DNA from: Trichosphaerium sp. ATCC 40318
Lineage: Eukaryota; Protista; Tubulinea
Direction: 5' to 3'
Length of the DNA stretch: 64,000 bases
NCBI GenBank assembly: GCA_038496445.1
Contig: JALMLS010000064.1
Span: 310,001-374,000, forward strand
The notes beneath the pieces were generated by a model. That model worked only from the letters and a program-made list of their open reading frames with translations. It did not search any database and was not told the DNA's origin. Shown here piece by piece: positions 10,263-23,945 of the stretch. The number at the start of each line of letters is the position of its first letter. The stretch's first letter is position 1. The translations under genes were made by a program, and so were the position numbers.

Positions 10263-12742
10263 TTACTCGCTGTCGGATTGTGGTGTTGTAGGTAGTGTAA
10301 TACTAAGCTTTTTATCTTCCATAATATCTAAACAAGTAAAGTAAGCTACCATCGAGGCCAAAAAGATTTTGTATTTTTTTTCTGTATTTTTGTTCAATAT
10401 ATAGTACCTTCAGCTGTAGCTTCTTGTGTATCTTCTTTTTGTTCTTTTTTTGCAAAATATCTTGGATTACTTTCCGAATAAGTATGAGCAAACTTACAAT
10501 TAGGTTGTGTGCAAGTATCATTGAACTAGAAAGCGGTTAACTTGTGATAAATCAAACCAAAAAAAAAATGATAAAAATCCCGATATTTCAATTTCACGTG
10601 TACATACACGACAAGGTCCATTATGTGAAAATTTGCAATTCTTTCTAGTACAAGATTTGGCGAATTTACAAGCAATCTAATACGAAAATAAGTCAACAAA
10701 TCACCTCAATTAAAAAAACTGGTAGGCTAGTTTTTAAGTGAAAAAAAAAATCCCAAAAAGTTTTTGAGTCTTTCATGAACTGTACGTACTGGTGGATGAC
10801 GGAAAGTACATTTTGCATTCTTACATGAAAATCCAAAACGACAAGAAGCAATTTTAGTCCCTTTAGGGTGACTATAATAGCATCCACTTCTTGTACATTT
10901 TGCACCAAACTTGCATTCAACAGTCAAAGGATGAATATAAATACACTTTTTCCCACTTGAGCAATTAGGCCAGAACCTTATACTTGTAAGTACATCGTAG
11001 TATAAGGACTATATTCTATAGTCCAAAAAAATTAGTTGATCAACATACCGACATTTCTCTGTAGGGTGAAGGAAAGGACATTCCTTATTTGTACAATTTG
11101 GGAAAAATCGACATTTTTGAGCCAACTTTGCCTTCTTTGAAGGTGGACCTTCATAATCATCAAGTGCTTTATCGAGTGGAGAAATCTTCTTTTTCTCTTC
11201 TTTCTTTCTTTTACCTCCTTTGATATCATTCTTTGATGACAATGATGATGTGTTATTGTTCCCTTTGTTAACATTATTTTTTGAAGAAGTTGCTTTTTTC
11301 TTATCAGCATTTTTCTTCTTCTTGGACACAAGACCATCCAAACGAACTGTGAATGTTACTTCATCATCTCGTCTATTAGTTAACATTAGATACAATATAA
11401 AAAACCCAAAAAAATCTTTGACATACTTTCTCTTGTTATCTGTTTGTCTATCATTCATATCAACATCCAACCGCCGTCTTTCATCATCCCTTCTGTTATC
11501 TCTTCTATTATCCCTACTATAGTCATCTCTTCTGACCTCTCTTCTATACCCACCCCTGTCTCTTTCTCCATCTCGCCTCCTATCCCCTCTCCTATCGTAT
11601 CTATCATTCCTTCTATCACCTCTTCTATCATCCCTATCTAAAATTGAAAAATTAATAAAACTTCAAATTCATTGAACTCATTAGTCAGTACCATCTCTCC
11701 TGTTATATCTACTATCTCTGTCCCCTTTTAGTTAATACAATTAGCTTATAATATAGTGACATTTATAACACGAAAATTTAAGTGTACAAGTGAACGAAGA
11801 AGAGAAATAAACTTTGCACATTCTATGTTCATTTTTTTCCAACAAAAAAAACAAAGTCGTACTTGATGCAGATGCGTCACGCACTGCGTCCGACATTGCC
11901 CTTCCCAGAAGTTGAGATTTGGTATTAACTTGTCTACGAGCTTCTCTCTCGCCTCTTGCAAATTCTGATACAACTACAGCTGATCTCAAACCTGAAGGCA
12001 ATGTAAGTAAAGTACACTCTATTGAAAAACCATATTTAGACGTACTTCTTGTTCTGGCTTCCCTGTCCGATCTCATGCGACTAGGAGAAGGTGAATTGTC
12101 GCTATCATATCTAACGGGGCTCTAGGACGCGTAAGAACGCAAATGAGGTGAATCTGTGTGGAATACAAACATTTTCGATTGGAAACGGCAAAGAGCCTGC
12201 TGTGTTAAATAGCAACGTTGCTTGACGCGCTTGTGGCGTACTTGTGGGAAGAATTCAAAAAAACGTACTCGGCGTGTATTTGATTGTTTCTCATCATCGC
12301 TGCTATAATCTGGTCCATTAGGGGTGTCTTCTGAGCTTACTACACTTGTTTTAGCATACATTTAAGTAAACAATGCGTGAATACCACTGTGAGGGGCTTC
12401 TTTGGCTGTTGCAATAGAATCTACGGCGTCGAAGAGCCTAATTGTTGTTATTGTTCTGAGTCCTATTAGATTGGCTTTTATCGCATACCACTGCGTGAAG
12501 CTCTCTGTTTTATCTGCCAGAAACACTTTTAGATCACTTAGGATTTGATCCCTACTTTTTTTGTTCATTAGCATCACCATGATATACTCCTATACGTAAT
12601 TTAGCTCAACGCCTAATTTTAATTCACGTACAGGTAGAACATCATCGTCAAAATTAGTTGTACTTGTAAGATGCTCCTTTATTTGCTCTTGTAAGCGATT
12701 CTTATCGTCAGCTGTAAAATCGCTAAACTGATTTGCTGCCAT
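10263..12742 (-). CDS. ZC3H14/Nab2-like poly(A) RNA-binding protein (PWI-like N-terminus, RD-rich linker, tandem CCCH fingers)
   Basis: EYIMVMLMNKKSRDQILSDLKVFLADKTESFTQW; CRFFPNCTNKECPFLHP, CKFGAKCTRSGCYYSHP, CRFGFSCKNAKCTFRHP. Confidence 0.85.
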
Positions 12743-12818
12743 TGCAATTCTAAACGAAAAAAAATACTTTTGTAAACAGCAGTCGTGATTGAGTCAATCA
12801 AACATTTTGCTTTTCACA

Positions 12819-13374
12819 ATGGTGGGAGCTTTGTCCAATAGAATCAAACGCAAGGTGACGGTACTCCGCATGGCACTTTACATTGTAAATACTTGGCACG
12901 TGCCTAAAAGTGAAGATAATGTGGAACTAATTTAATGGTCAGTCATATTGGATTTCTGTTTGAGGTGTAACAGAATATTTGTAGATGCAAAGCGCAATGT
13001 ATAGGCACAAGACAAAAAAATATGCAAGAGATTTGTAAACAAGGCGCTAGACCTCAAGCTTACGATGCACAAACACATATACAATGCATCCAATGCTTGC
13101 AAGACAAAAACATGTACTGCCATCGACACGGTAGACAGAGTAGAACGGATTTCAATACCTGCAAAACCACTTGCTTACAGACTTGTGACGCTATTATACA
13201 GTTAGAAGAGTACAAAGCTGCGCTACTCTACTCAAGAAGTAATTTCGTTGCATGAATCAAAGACTCTTTGATAAGAAACATGACTTCAACGCAGAGATTA
13301 ACAGATGTGCTAACAATTGTCATAGAGTAGCTGGAAACGACAAACCTTGTGATAACGCATGTAAAGCGCTCTAA
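12819..13374 (+). CDS. Small cysteine-rich protein of unknown function (start uncertain)
   Basis: Cys-rich exons CKAQC...ICKQG...CIQCLQDKNMYCHRH...CANNCHRV...CDNACKAL*. Confidence 0.35.
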
Positions 13375-13752
13375 TTTTAAGTCAGAAATAGTTGTATTCT
13401 AAATAAAGAACCATGGCTTTCGTTTCCACTCCTGATTTGATAACACCTACATGTTACGCCTTAACTATGCAATCACGTGCGATGCAAAGTTAGACTGAAC
13501 GAAGATTGAAATCCTCACAACTGCCTCACAATATAAGCGAATACGGAAAGCTACAGCGGCACCAACTAACAGCAAAAGGAACTTCAAGGACACGTTTCAT
13601 CCCGGGAAAACTTTCTTTACCACTATCCACGTGTACACAACACGGCGTCAGATAGTTGGAGAGATGTACAGGGCTGGGTTTTCGAGTGTTTAATTGTGAT
13701 GTGATGTTTTGGTATTGTGCGAGTCAACTATTTGCAGTTTTTCCCTAGTAGT

Positions 13753-16700
13753 ATGGCGATGGCATCTGATAAGCAATCTTTTGTGTATTACCATAATGAA
13801 GGCCCAATTCGCCGGTAATAACCTACTTTTCGGACAACTATTATCTAAACTCGCTTCAAATAGCTCAGCAAAGTGTAAAGAGTTGATCAGTACCGTTGAT
13901 GGCGCTAAAACTCTTTGGGATGTGCTAACGTAAGCAAAAACACTCACATACGCCACTAAGACCTTCTGTAGTCCTGCAAGAAAGCAATTCGCCAACAGAC
14001 CTATGCTAGGCACTCGTACAAAAACTCCAAACGGCTTTGGCGGTTACAAGTGGCTTACCTATGCCGTACGATATCCAACACACCATCGGCGCTAACCTCA
14101 GTAAGGAAGCAGATGATAAAAGTATATCGTTTGCCGCAGGGTTACGCAAACTCGGTTTAGAAACCGTACGCTACCAAACGAATGTCATACGTGTCATCTT
14201 TGGTTAACTTTATTTTTGTAGAGAGGAAGGTTGGGCATTTTCTCCCAAAACAACGCACAATGGGTGATGGCTGTCATCGCATGCGTCAGCCAGAACTTCA
14301 CTTTCGTACCTCTCTACGCTACACTTGGCCCAGACGCTGTGGAGTACATTTCAAAGCATGCTGAAGTAACCATTGCATTATTAGATCCACCATCATTACC
14401 CCAAGTACGGATTTTATTAAATCCGTTGTGAGCGGTGCATTCATTACTCCGCGTTTTTTCTTCTTTATTTTTTTCGTTGGAATTTTTTTGGAGTTCTGCT
14501 TTTTTTGGCTTTTGTTCTTGTTTTCTTGTTAGTAAATATTTGTTTTAATAATCTATATAAGATGCTTGAAGCTCTACCTAATATACCAAACCTGAAACAC
14601 TTGATATTGACTAGTCCTGTTGATAAAATGCCAACATTACCAGCTGGTGTACAAATCCATAATTTTGAGGATATTGTCAGCCTTGGTAAGACACGTCGTG
14701 GTCATGAGGATGTACAACCTGATCCAGAAGATTTGTTCGTTATAATGTATACCTCTGGAACAACTGGTTTACCAAAGGTAAACTCTAGAGCGCTCGTTTT
14801 GAAGCCATCAACGAAATGTTTTTCAAAAAAACTTAAAGAAGAAGAATGCTCACGTGCTTTTTTCAGGGTGTTATGCTTACACATTCCAATATGGTTGCTG
14901 GTGTTGCATCCATGGCTAGTACGTTATTTTTATTGCATATGATTATCTGTTAATGGGGGTTATCTAGCGTCTGATGTTGTATTAACTCCTGAGGATGTTC
15001 ATCTCAGTTATTTGCCAATGGCTCATATTTTTGAAATGATTTGTATTAGTGCTGCTATGCGTGCTGGGTACTTTATGTTCCTATTTATTTTTCTACAACA
15101 ATAAGGCTATAAATTTAAACAACTTTAATGAATTTGTTTATAATCAAAAACTCTTCGCCACTCACTCTGTATTTTTAGCGCTTCTATCGGATTCTGGCAT
15201 GGTGAAACTACTGAGCTTATTGAAGATATCCAAACTCTTCGTCCTACAATCCTACCTGGCGTACCACGCGTATGGTAAGACTGAAACAGACCTTAGTAGT
15301 TTTTTGCTGAGTTTAAATCTCTAGGAATCGTGTCTACGACAAGATTATGGGGCAAATACAAGATGGTGGATACATTAAACGTAGCTTATTTAGTTACGCA
15401 TACGCAAGCAAGAAGGCTTCCGTAAAGGCAACAGGTACCCATGTTTTGACGTTTGGATTTACAAAAAAAAACAATTAAATGCTAACCCTTTTGAACAAGG
15501 ATCTGACGATTCAATGTGGAACAGCATTGTGTTTGCCAAAATCAAAGAAGCTCTTGGCGGTCGCTGTAGGCTTATAATTACAGGAGCTGCACCATTGAGT
15601 GCACCTGTGCACGAGTTTATGCGCATGTACGGTGAAACCCATTTTACCTATTTGTGGAGAATTTATAAGCTTATACCAATCTTTCTTCTAGTTGTTTTGG
15701 ATGCCCAGTTGTTCAAGGTTATGGTCTAACTGAAACTGCAGCCATTCTTACATGCCAAAGTGTCCATGATTTCAGTTTTGGTCACGTTGGAGCACCACAT
15801 ACCTCGTGTGAGGTTAAACTTGTAGATGTTCCAGAAATGGGGTACGCTTTAGAAATCAACTAGAATAGTGCACTTACGAGATTTTTTTAGATATACATCG
15901 AATAACAACCCACAGCAAGGTGAAGTATGTGTGCGCGGACACACAGTATTCAAGGGATACTATAAGAACCCAGAAAAGACTAAAGAGTGTCTTACAGAGG
16001 ATGGCTGGTTCCATACAGGAGATATTGGGGAGTGGCTTGAGGCATGCCCTTTTGAAGAGTTTAAGTTCTTTTATCTAGCTATCAATTTAGCTGTCTTTTA
16101 TTTTGTTATTAATGAACTGTTTAGAGTGGTGTGCTTAAGATTATAGACCGTAAAAAGAATATATTTAAATTAGCTCAAGGTGAATATGTTGCTGCAGAAA
16201 AGCTTGAAGTGCAGTACTTACAGTCACCTCTTGTTGGACAAATATTCGTTTATGGTGACTCATTCCAATCATATCTTGTTGCCATTTGCGTATTGGATCC
16301 TGATCGCGTTGTACAATGGGTACGGAGTAACGAGAGAGAAAAGTAGTCTGTTTAAAACTGCTAATAATTGAAAGACATCTTTGCTGTTTCTACAAAGATC
16401 TTGTTTGTTTCTTCCCTCATTGATTATATAGGCCAAGAGCAAAGGCATTACTGATACTGATATTAACGCTTTGGCTACAAGCCAAGCCGTCAAACAAGCT
16501 GTTTACAATGACTTGGGTACAGTTTTTGTTTAAACACCACAATCTACTTACTTACTGTTTACAGTTCGTGTTGCACGTGCAAAGAAGATGCGTGGATTTG
16601 AATTTATCAAGAATATTCACTTGGAGGCCACACCATGGACACCTGAAACTGGTACCATATAACTTTACAGACACGAAAAACTGACTTAAAATAGGTGAAT

Positions 16701-16807
16701 TGACACCTTCCATGAAGCAAAAACGCCCTATTTTGAAGAAAAAGTACATGGATGTTATATCAGCATTATACAATACACCTAGACTCGATCAAAGAGCTAA
16801 ATTGTAG
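13753..16807 (+). CDS. Long-chain fatty acyl-CoA synthetase, probably peroxisomal
   Basis: [57 protein letters not shown]-terminus ...QRAKL* is PTS1-like. Confidence 0.93.
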
Positions 16808-17050
16808 ACAATCACAAAGATACGTGTAGCCCAAAAAAATAAACAACAAAAAAAAATATGACCACGGTAACTCGCTGAGAGCAGAGGACGCAAGTTGGCT
16901 TAAGAAGAAAAGAAACAAGAATCAAACAAGTTCCTTGACCACCACGCGTGGACCACCGAGACTATTGCTTGTTTGTTTTTGAGTCTTGTTTGTTATCACA
17001 ACATGAGCGATGACGTTGTTTTGATGCAGTGACAAGAGATTGATGAAAGT

Positions 17051-18050
17051 TTATTTAGTTCTGCTGGTAGTATCATCATTAAATACAATAACAATTAATA
17101 AAATATCAATCCAGTGTGGTATCCATAAAAACCAAGCAAAGCCCATCATCTTACAAACCAGTAACATCACATAACCTTGGTACAAACATTAAAATAAACA
17201 ATTAATCACGTGGACAATCAAAAAAACAAAAGAACTTTATATCAACCAAACTAGCTCATGCTGATATACGGATATTAATTGTCTGTACCTGCTATCTTCG
17301 CATAGCCTTCTACATAGTAAATACGTGGTCCTCCAACTGCACACAGAATAACAAAATGTACAAAAATTAAGAACAAAACAATAACAGAAGGCATAACAAC
17401 CCACGATCCCAAATCAATAACTCCATCCCACGTACAAGCTATTAACAATACTTGTATTATGTACAATATAATACTGTTAGGTAGAACAACCTCCTTTACC
17501 ACAGAAAGTCAGCGAATACGAAACAAGCGGAATTGGTTCCTCGAAATTCCAAAATTGAAACAAAAGCGGAAGTGTACCAGACTATTCTCCATTCTACGTG
17601 GTACGAATAAAGACACGTATCCAGCCAATAGCATGGCTATTGCTGGAGAGAGTGTAGTAAGCCAAGAACTATTATTGGTTAGACTGGTGCTTTTCTTTGT
17701 TTAAACATTAGAAGTACGCACTAAGATATCGTTGCGTCTAGTTTTAGAGGTATCAACAGCAAAGACGACATAAATAGGTGTTTTACGATTGGTACAAAAC
17801 AATTCCATCCAGAATCACGCCAGTAGCGCCTTATATCATGCGTTAACGCTAAAAAGCTGTAGACTTGCGCCAAAAAACCTGTTTCAAATGAATAAACTTC
17901 AACAGCTTAAAAACAAGCGTAAAATGTACTCAAAGAGAACACCCAGCTCCATGGAAGCCACGTCCAGATGTAGAGTTTTAAAACAGCTACAAAAGCAGTA
18001 ACGTTAGCAGCAAACGTAATGTGCCAGCTCTGATCACTGTATCGTGACAT
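17051..18050 (-). CDS. Multi-pass membrane protein, TMEM185/TMEM203-like
   Basis: Repeated units such as VLKLYIWTWLPWSWVF, LIPLKLDATI..SW, ACTWDGVID..SW..MP. Exon structure only partly resolved. Confidence 0.5.
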
Positions 18051-18356
18051 GGTGTCTGCTTGGTTTAGCAACACGTTGCAGTGAACGTTTTCATTGAATG
18101 ATGAATTGACACGTGACTTCTACATCGAAAGAATACAGCTTTCCAACATAAAATGTATTGCTGGTAGTGGCGAACTTGTGTAAACTTGCTTCTTTTGCGT
18201 TCAGAGCTATATTTCTTTCTTGCTTAAGGACCTTTGTTGAAATGGCCTTCATTACAGCTATGTGCGTGATGTTACAGCTATACGTTGAAGGTTGCGTTAT
18301 GGTCATTTGTGTTGAACGTTGTTGTTGAGTATTTTATTTAATTAAAGTGTTTGTAT

Positions 18357-19614
18357 TTACACTCCTTCGCTTATTTCAACAGAAGTTCCAACGCTGAAAA
18401 TGGCCATTACCCATTTCTCAGCTTCTTTCCATTGTTCCTCAGTGTCAACAGGCCATATGAATAATTCATTAGCATCCATGTGCTCTTCATGAGCCCAATG
18501 CTTGACACCAAAGATACGTTTATGGTCATTTGTTTTTAAGTTCTTGACACCTATGTTATTTGTTGAAGATGATTCATCCTGGCACATACCTATAAGGATC
18601 AAGACTTAGATAAAATAAATGAATAGTATTTGATGTATTACCTTCAGGAGCAAATTGAATGCATACACAAGGATGACCGTCAACCACGCCTCTGTACTCA
18701 GTATTTAGAATAGAATAGCGACGCATTTTTGGAGAGTCAAAGGTGTCATAAGGGGAGGCACTAAAGTTTGTACTTGAGGCACTCCCATTTGCCACAATGG
18801 CACTTGCTTTTATGCAATGAAACAATTCTGAAGCCTCTGGTGCTGTATGAGACGGTACAGTAACAAATGTTCCTATTCCAAATTAATCTCTGCTTGAACG
18901 ACTAGCAGCGTCATATTATGTATGCCCTTACCTGTTGATATACCCTCGCTTGTGACAGGTACAATATTCCATGATCCCATATCCACGCGACTGCCTTATG
19001 AAAACGTTAATTGGGTACTCTGTGCGCAAAGCAGTGTGCCTGTATTGTGATCTCTCCAAATTAAGCCTCCTAGTTTTCCAGGAACAACAGCTTCTTTAAT
19101 GACACACACTGCGTTTCCTTCCAGGGAAGGTTTAGCTCCAGCAGTTACTATCACGCCTAGAGCTACATAACCCTCAGGAGGAACTGGTTTCCAAAAACAG
19201 CCGTTTCTAGTAGCACCAGATCCAGCGTCGGACCATATTTTTGCATAGCCAACCGGCCATGCGATATTTGCAGGGTTTGTAGGCTTAATAACAGTAACAG
19301 CATTCATAGGAGGTAATTCATAGTTACCAACAGCGTAGTGTCTACAGACAAAGAATTATATACTGGTTGTTAAAGTTTCAATAGAGATCATATTGCAAAG
19401 AAGAAACTATTGCTTAGAATTGTACGCGTCTAAATCTATTTTTAACGCACCCTAGTATGTAATAGCCTTCCGGAGCAACTGGTTGGTAGACTGATATGTC
19501 TCTCGAACCACCAGATCCTTTATCGTTCCATGCCAGATGGAAGTATCTAACTGTCTTTGTTTCGAACTAAAATACCTGTTTAATAGATTGTTTAAGCGTA
19601 AAAACGCGTACCAT
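18357..19614 (-). CDS. Vps62/DUF946-like repeat protein
   Basis: WNDKGSGG...YQPVAPEGY, IWSDAGSGA...FWKPVPPEGYVALG, IWRDHNTG repeats. Confidence 0.8.
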
Positions 19615-20776
19615 TATATTTATGTTTGTATTCTATGTTAAGATACAAGTGTAGGGGTTAAAGTGGTGAAATAACTTCCATGATTAAGGTAGTCTGACTT
19701 AAGGTTAAGGCCGAAAAGGAATTTCATGACATAATATTCTCGTAACACTTTACTTCAGAATATGTTTATCTATCTATAACTGGTTTATTGTACTAGATTC
19801 CAAGAATAAGAAAACAGTGTGTCAACAGTTTCACGTAACACTTTGCCAGGGAATTTTTTTATCCGAAATTCGCAAAATTCTAGATTTTTCTCGCAGGTTT
19901 ATGTTGTCTGTTCACTTTTCATTTTTCTTTCACTGTATCTTCGCGGTTTTGTGGATTAAGTTTAACTATGCGATACAGAAGTGTTTGTATCCATACAGTA
20001 GCAAGTGTGCAATGTCACAGCCCAGACTTTATTGTTAACTGTTAGGATCTGTAGTCTGTAGCGACTTTGTAACACAACCACAACCAAAAAGTGAATGGAA
20101 AGTATCAAAAATGCGAGCCGCTGAATTCTTCTATTTTTCAGTTTGCATTGAGAATCTCATGCGTAGGGCTGAAAGTAATTCTTTGATAGCCGCAAACAAT
20201 ATGCCAAATAGAAGGCTATGAAAACGGTAGTTTCTATCAGTGATGGTAATGAAGGGCCAAGCTATCACAAAGATAGTTTGGAATAGAATAGATCGAGCTA
20301 CTACTGGAAGGTTATGTATGAAAAAAAAGTGTTGGGAAACAAAATCACTTGTTTGCATTTGCCTCCACGTCAATAACGAGACGAGCAAGCGATGTAGTAA
20401 TACTCACCCTTTTCCTATTTCTTACAATAAATCGAATCTTATAGCCTCCTAGCAAGCTGTAAACGTACAATTGAAAAATTAGGATAATTTTTCTCCCGAC
20501 AACTTTGAGCCAGCGACGTACTTGGCATAACCGCTTAAAACGAAGTCATGTGATGAGAGAAACGCTGCACTGCTCTTCTAAGCAAGATGAAGCTTTTGGC
20601 AAGGGTGTACAAATACTAAGGTACGGCATCTTAAACGTAAATCGGCTGCAGCTCACCACATAGTTAAGTACAAAAAAACTAAAGGTGCACAAGCTAGCGC
20701 TAAACTGTAGGCTTATTGTTGTCATTCGCACTTAATTTTGTCATTTCATCCATACACCTCTCTATCGTGACTAGAT

Positions 20777-22006
20777 ATGAAGATTTTACTTGTTTTTGTT
20801 CTGTATTATGCATGTATTTATGCTATGAAGCCTCATAGCACAGGTTGGTCGTTACGGAGAAACAACTTTTTCTAAACATATGTAGATTGTAGCTTCGGAT
20901 CGTTCAAAGATGATTTCACTACAATGGACCTAACTAGATGGCAGAAATCGGCTTCAAGCGGCATCAAGCACGAATGCACCATGATGCTCTTAGATAACCT
21001 CAATTTTAACGCCACACTCCCGGGAACAACTCAAACAGGTCTGTTGGCGCAGTTATCTGAAGAACCATGCAAAACAAACAAGCAATGTTGTGAAGGAGTA
21101 AGAACACTTTTTTTTTGTCGTCATGTCACGTGGTGGTAAAAGAAACGGCCCTTTTGAGTTTTTTGACAAGTCGAGAGACTTTTCTCTTTTTTGTGACTTC
21201 AACTCGTTTTATACAATTGCGCCACAGTACATACTGTCGTCTAACTAACTAATAGAAAGAAAATTTTATTTCCACTTTTTTTTTTATGCTCCGCACGTGA
21301 TAAATTGACAGACAACTTTTTTTACCAAGTCGATACCACTGACACCGTTTCGCGCTACTTTTTTTAAAATTTTTGTTGCAACTTGCAGAACAAACACTGG
21401 TATTTGTGACTTTTTTTCTAGAGTGATTGCGTGTGCTGGAGTGGATCTCACTTGGGCACAGCATGTACTGCAACGTATGGTAACTGGTCGATCAGGCTGA
21501 GCGTTGATATTGCCCCTTCGTCTGATGGCGTGTTTTTTTTTGGAGTGTACACATCCACGCCGATTCACAACGAGATAACACTCGGATTTTTTCAAGAAAC
21601 TGACCAAGCAAAGTATGAAATAGTTGTGTTCAATTTGCGGTAACCTCAACTTATCTCACTAGGTTACACAATGCCGTCTTTTGGGGTGATCAACATAAAA
21701 CGATATCTCACTATTATCCAGTAGACTTCTTCAAATCCTATCACACGTACGCTGTGTATTGTTTTATGTATGCTTAAATGGTACTCTAGGTACGGATTCA
21801 ATTGGTTAAAAGACGAAATCGCATTCACGGTGGACGGCAAGGTAGTAACAACCGCGTTACCATCACAAGGATACACTATTCCAAACGAACCTTGCGAAAT
21901 TCGCTTTATTTTCAGAACCAGACCCCATGACGATTGCACTGCAGGTTGTGCCACAGCTCCTGATTCTTCTGTAAATGTCCAATGGATAGAGTATACTGCA
22001 CCTTGA
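20777..22006 (+). CDS. Secreted GH16-fold protein, copy 1 (degenerate catalytic motif)
   Basis: Signal peptide, FKDDF, FHTYGFNW...IAFTVDG, IPNEP. The motif region reads IHNEITLGF. Confidence 0.75.
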
Positions 22007-22530
22007 TCCCGTGGTTTTTTATCGTAACTCACTAGATAAATAAATTCGTGAAGAGTTTAGAAGTTTCTATGCACTTTCCTTTACATCAAAAGAACGTTCC
22101 GCTCAGTTTGCACCAGATAGTATTTCAAACACCAACGTGCAGGGAAGTGGTCTTGACCGCCTTTTGGCATAGCTGTAAGCTAGACTTCCTTATAAAGGTG
22201 TAAATCTAACGTTGTTGTAACGATTGTACAACAAATTTGAAGACTGTTTAACAGAACTTTCATACGTCACTTTATCACGTGACAAGCTGAAGATTTACAA
22301 GTCACTCGACTTATCCAACAAAACAGAAGACAGAAACTGACCATTACTAGTAACGTTGAGGAGGAAAGTTACGCGATTGAAAGAAACTCTACAATGACAA
22401 GTGTACAAGTACAAGGTTTCGGTATCTTCACCACGCGGTGCACAAGCTAACGCTAAACTGTTTAGGCTTATTGTTGTGATTCGCGCTTAATTCGTTATCT
22501 TGTGCATACCTCTATCACGTGACAATAGAT

Positions 22531-23630
22531 ATGAAGATTTTACTTGTTTTTGCTCTATTTTATGCATGTATTTATGCTATGAAGCCTCATAGCACAGGTT
22601 GGTCGTTACGGAGAAACAACTTTTTCTAAACTTATTTAGATTGTACTGTAGCGTCTTTCAAAGATGATTTCACTACAATGGACCTAACTAGATGGCAGAA
22701 ATCGGCTTCAAGCGGCATCAAGCACGAATGCACCATGATGCTCTTAGATAACTTCAATTTTAACGCCACACTCCCGGGAACAACTCAAACAGGCCTGTTG
22801 GCGCACTTGTCTGAAGAACCATGCAAAACAAACAAAGATCAGTGTTGCGAAGGGGTAAGAACACTTTTTTTGCCGTCACGTCAAGGTAGTAGTGTAAAAG
22901 AAACGATCCTTTTGGTTTTGTTTTTGACAAGTCGAATGACTTTTCAGTTTTTTGTGACTTCAACTCGTTTTGCCACTAAGTCACGTGCTATTTTTTGTGG
23001 AAACGTGCAGCAGAACAAACACTAGTAGTTGTGACATTTTTTCTAGAGTGATTGTGTATGCTGGAGTGGATCCCACTTGGCCACAGCATGCAGTGCAACA
23101 TATGGTAACTTGTCAATCAGGCTGAGCCTCGACATTGCCGCTTCGGCTGATGGCGTGTTTTTTTTAACAATGTACACATCCAAGCCTATACACAACGAGA
23201 TAACACTCGGATTTTGGCAAGAAGCTGACCAAGCAAAGTATGAAATAGTTGTGTTCAATTTGCGGTAACCTCAACTCATCTTCACTAGGTTACACAATGC
23301 CGTCTTTTGGGGTGATCAACATAAAACGATATCTCACTATTATCCAGTCGATTTCTTCAAATCCTATCACACGTACGCTTCGCATCGTATATGCTTTAAC
23401 AACAGTACTTTAGGTACGGATTCAATTGGTCACAAGACGAAATTGCTTTCACAGTGGACGGCAAGGTAGTCACAACTGCCTTACCATCAGAAGGATACAC
23501 TATTCCAAACGAACCAAGTGAAATTCGCTTTATTTTCAGAACCAGACCCCATGACGATTGTACTGCAGGTTGTGCCACAGCTCCTGATTCTTCTGTAAAT
23601 GTCCAATGGATAGAGTATACTGCGCCTTGA
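22531..23630 (+). CDS. Secreted GH16-fold protein, copy 2 (tandem paralog)
   Basis: Same exon structure and near-identical exons to copy 1. Duplicated unit is about 20685-22093 vs 22437-23693. Confidence 0.75.
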
Positions 23631-23945
23631 TCAGATAAATAAATAGTAAAGAGTTTTAGAGAATATTCTGTACACTTTCCTTTAACTCAAAAGACCGGTT
23701 TGCTTCTCAATCACAGCAAGCTAAGTTATCTTTAAGCATGCATGTATATTGATTAAGCCGTAAACGAACACAACTTGGATTTGTTTATTTAAAAACTGTT
23801 CACACGTCACATACGTAAATAAAATTCATTCTAATTAAATAATAACATACAAAGAAGGGTGGTAACTAAAAATGTTTTTTTACTATTAATGGCAGTCTTA
23901 ACCCAACTTACAAAACTCTTTTGACAGAGTTGCAGGGTTCTGTTA

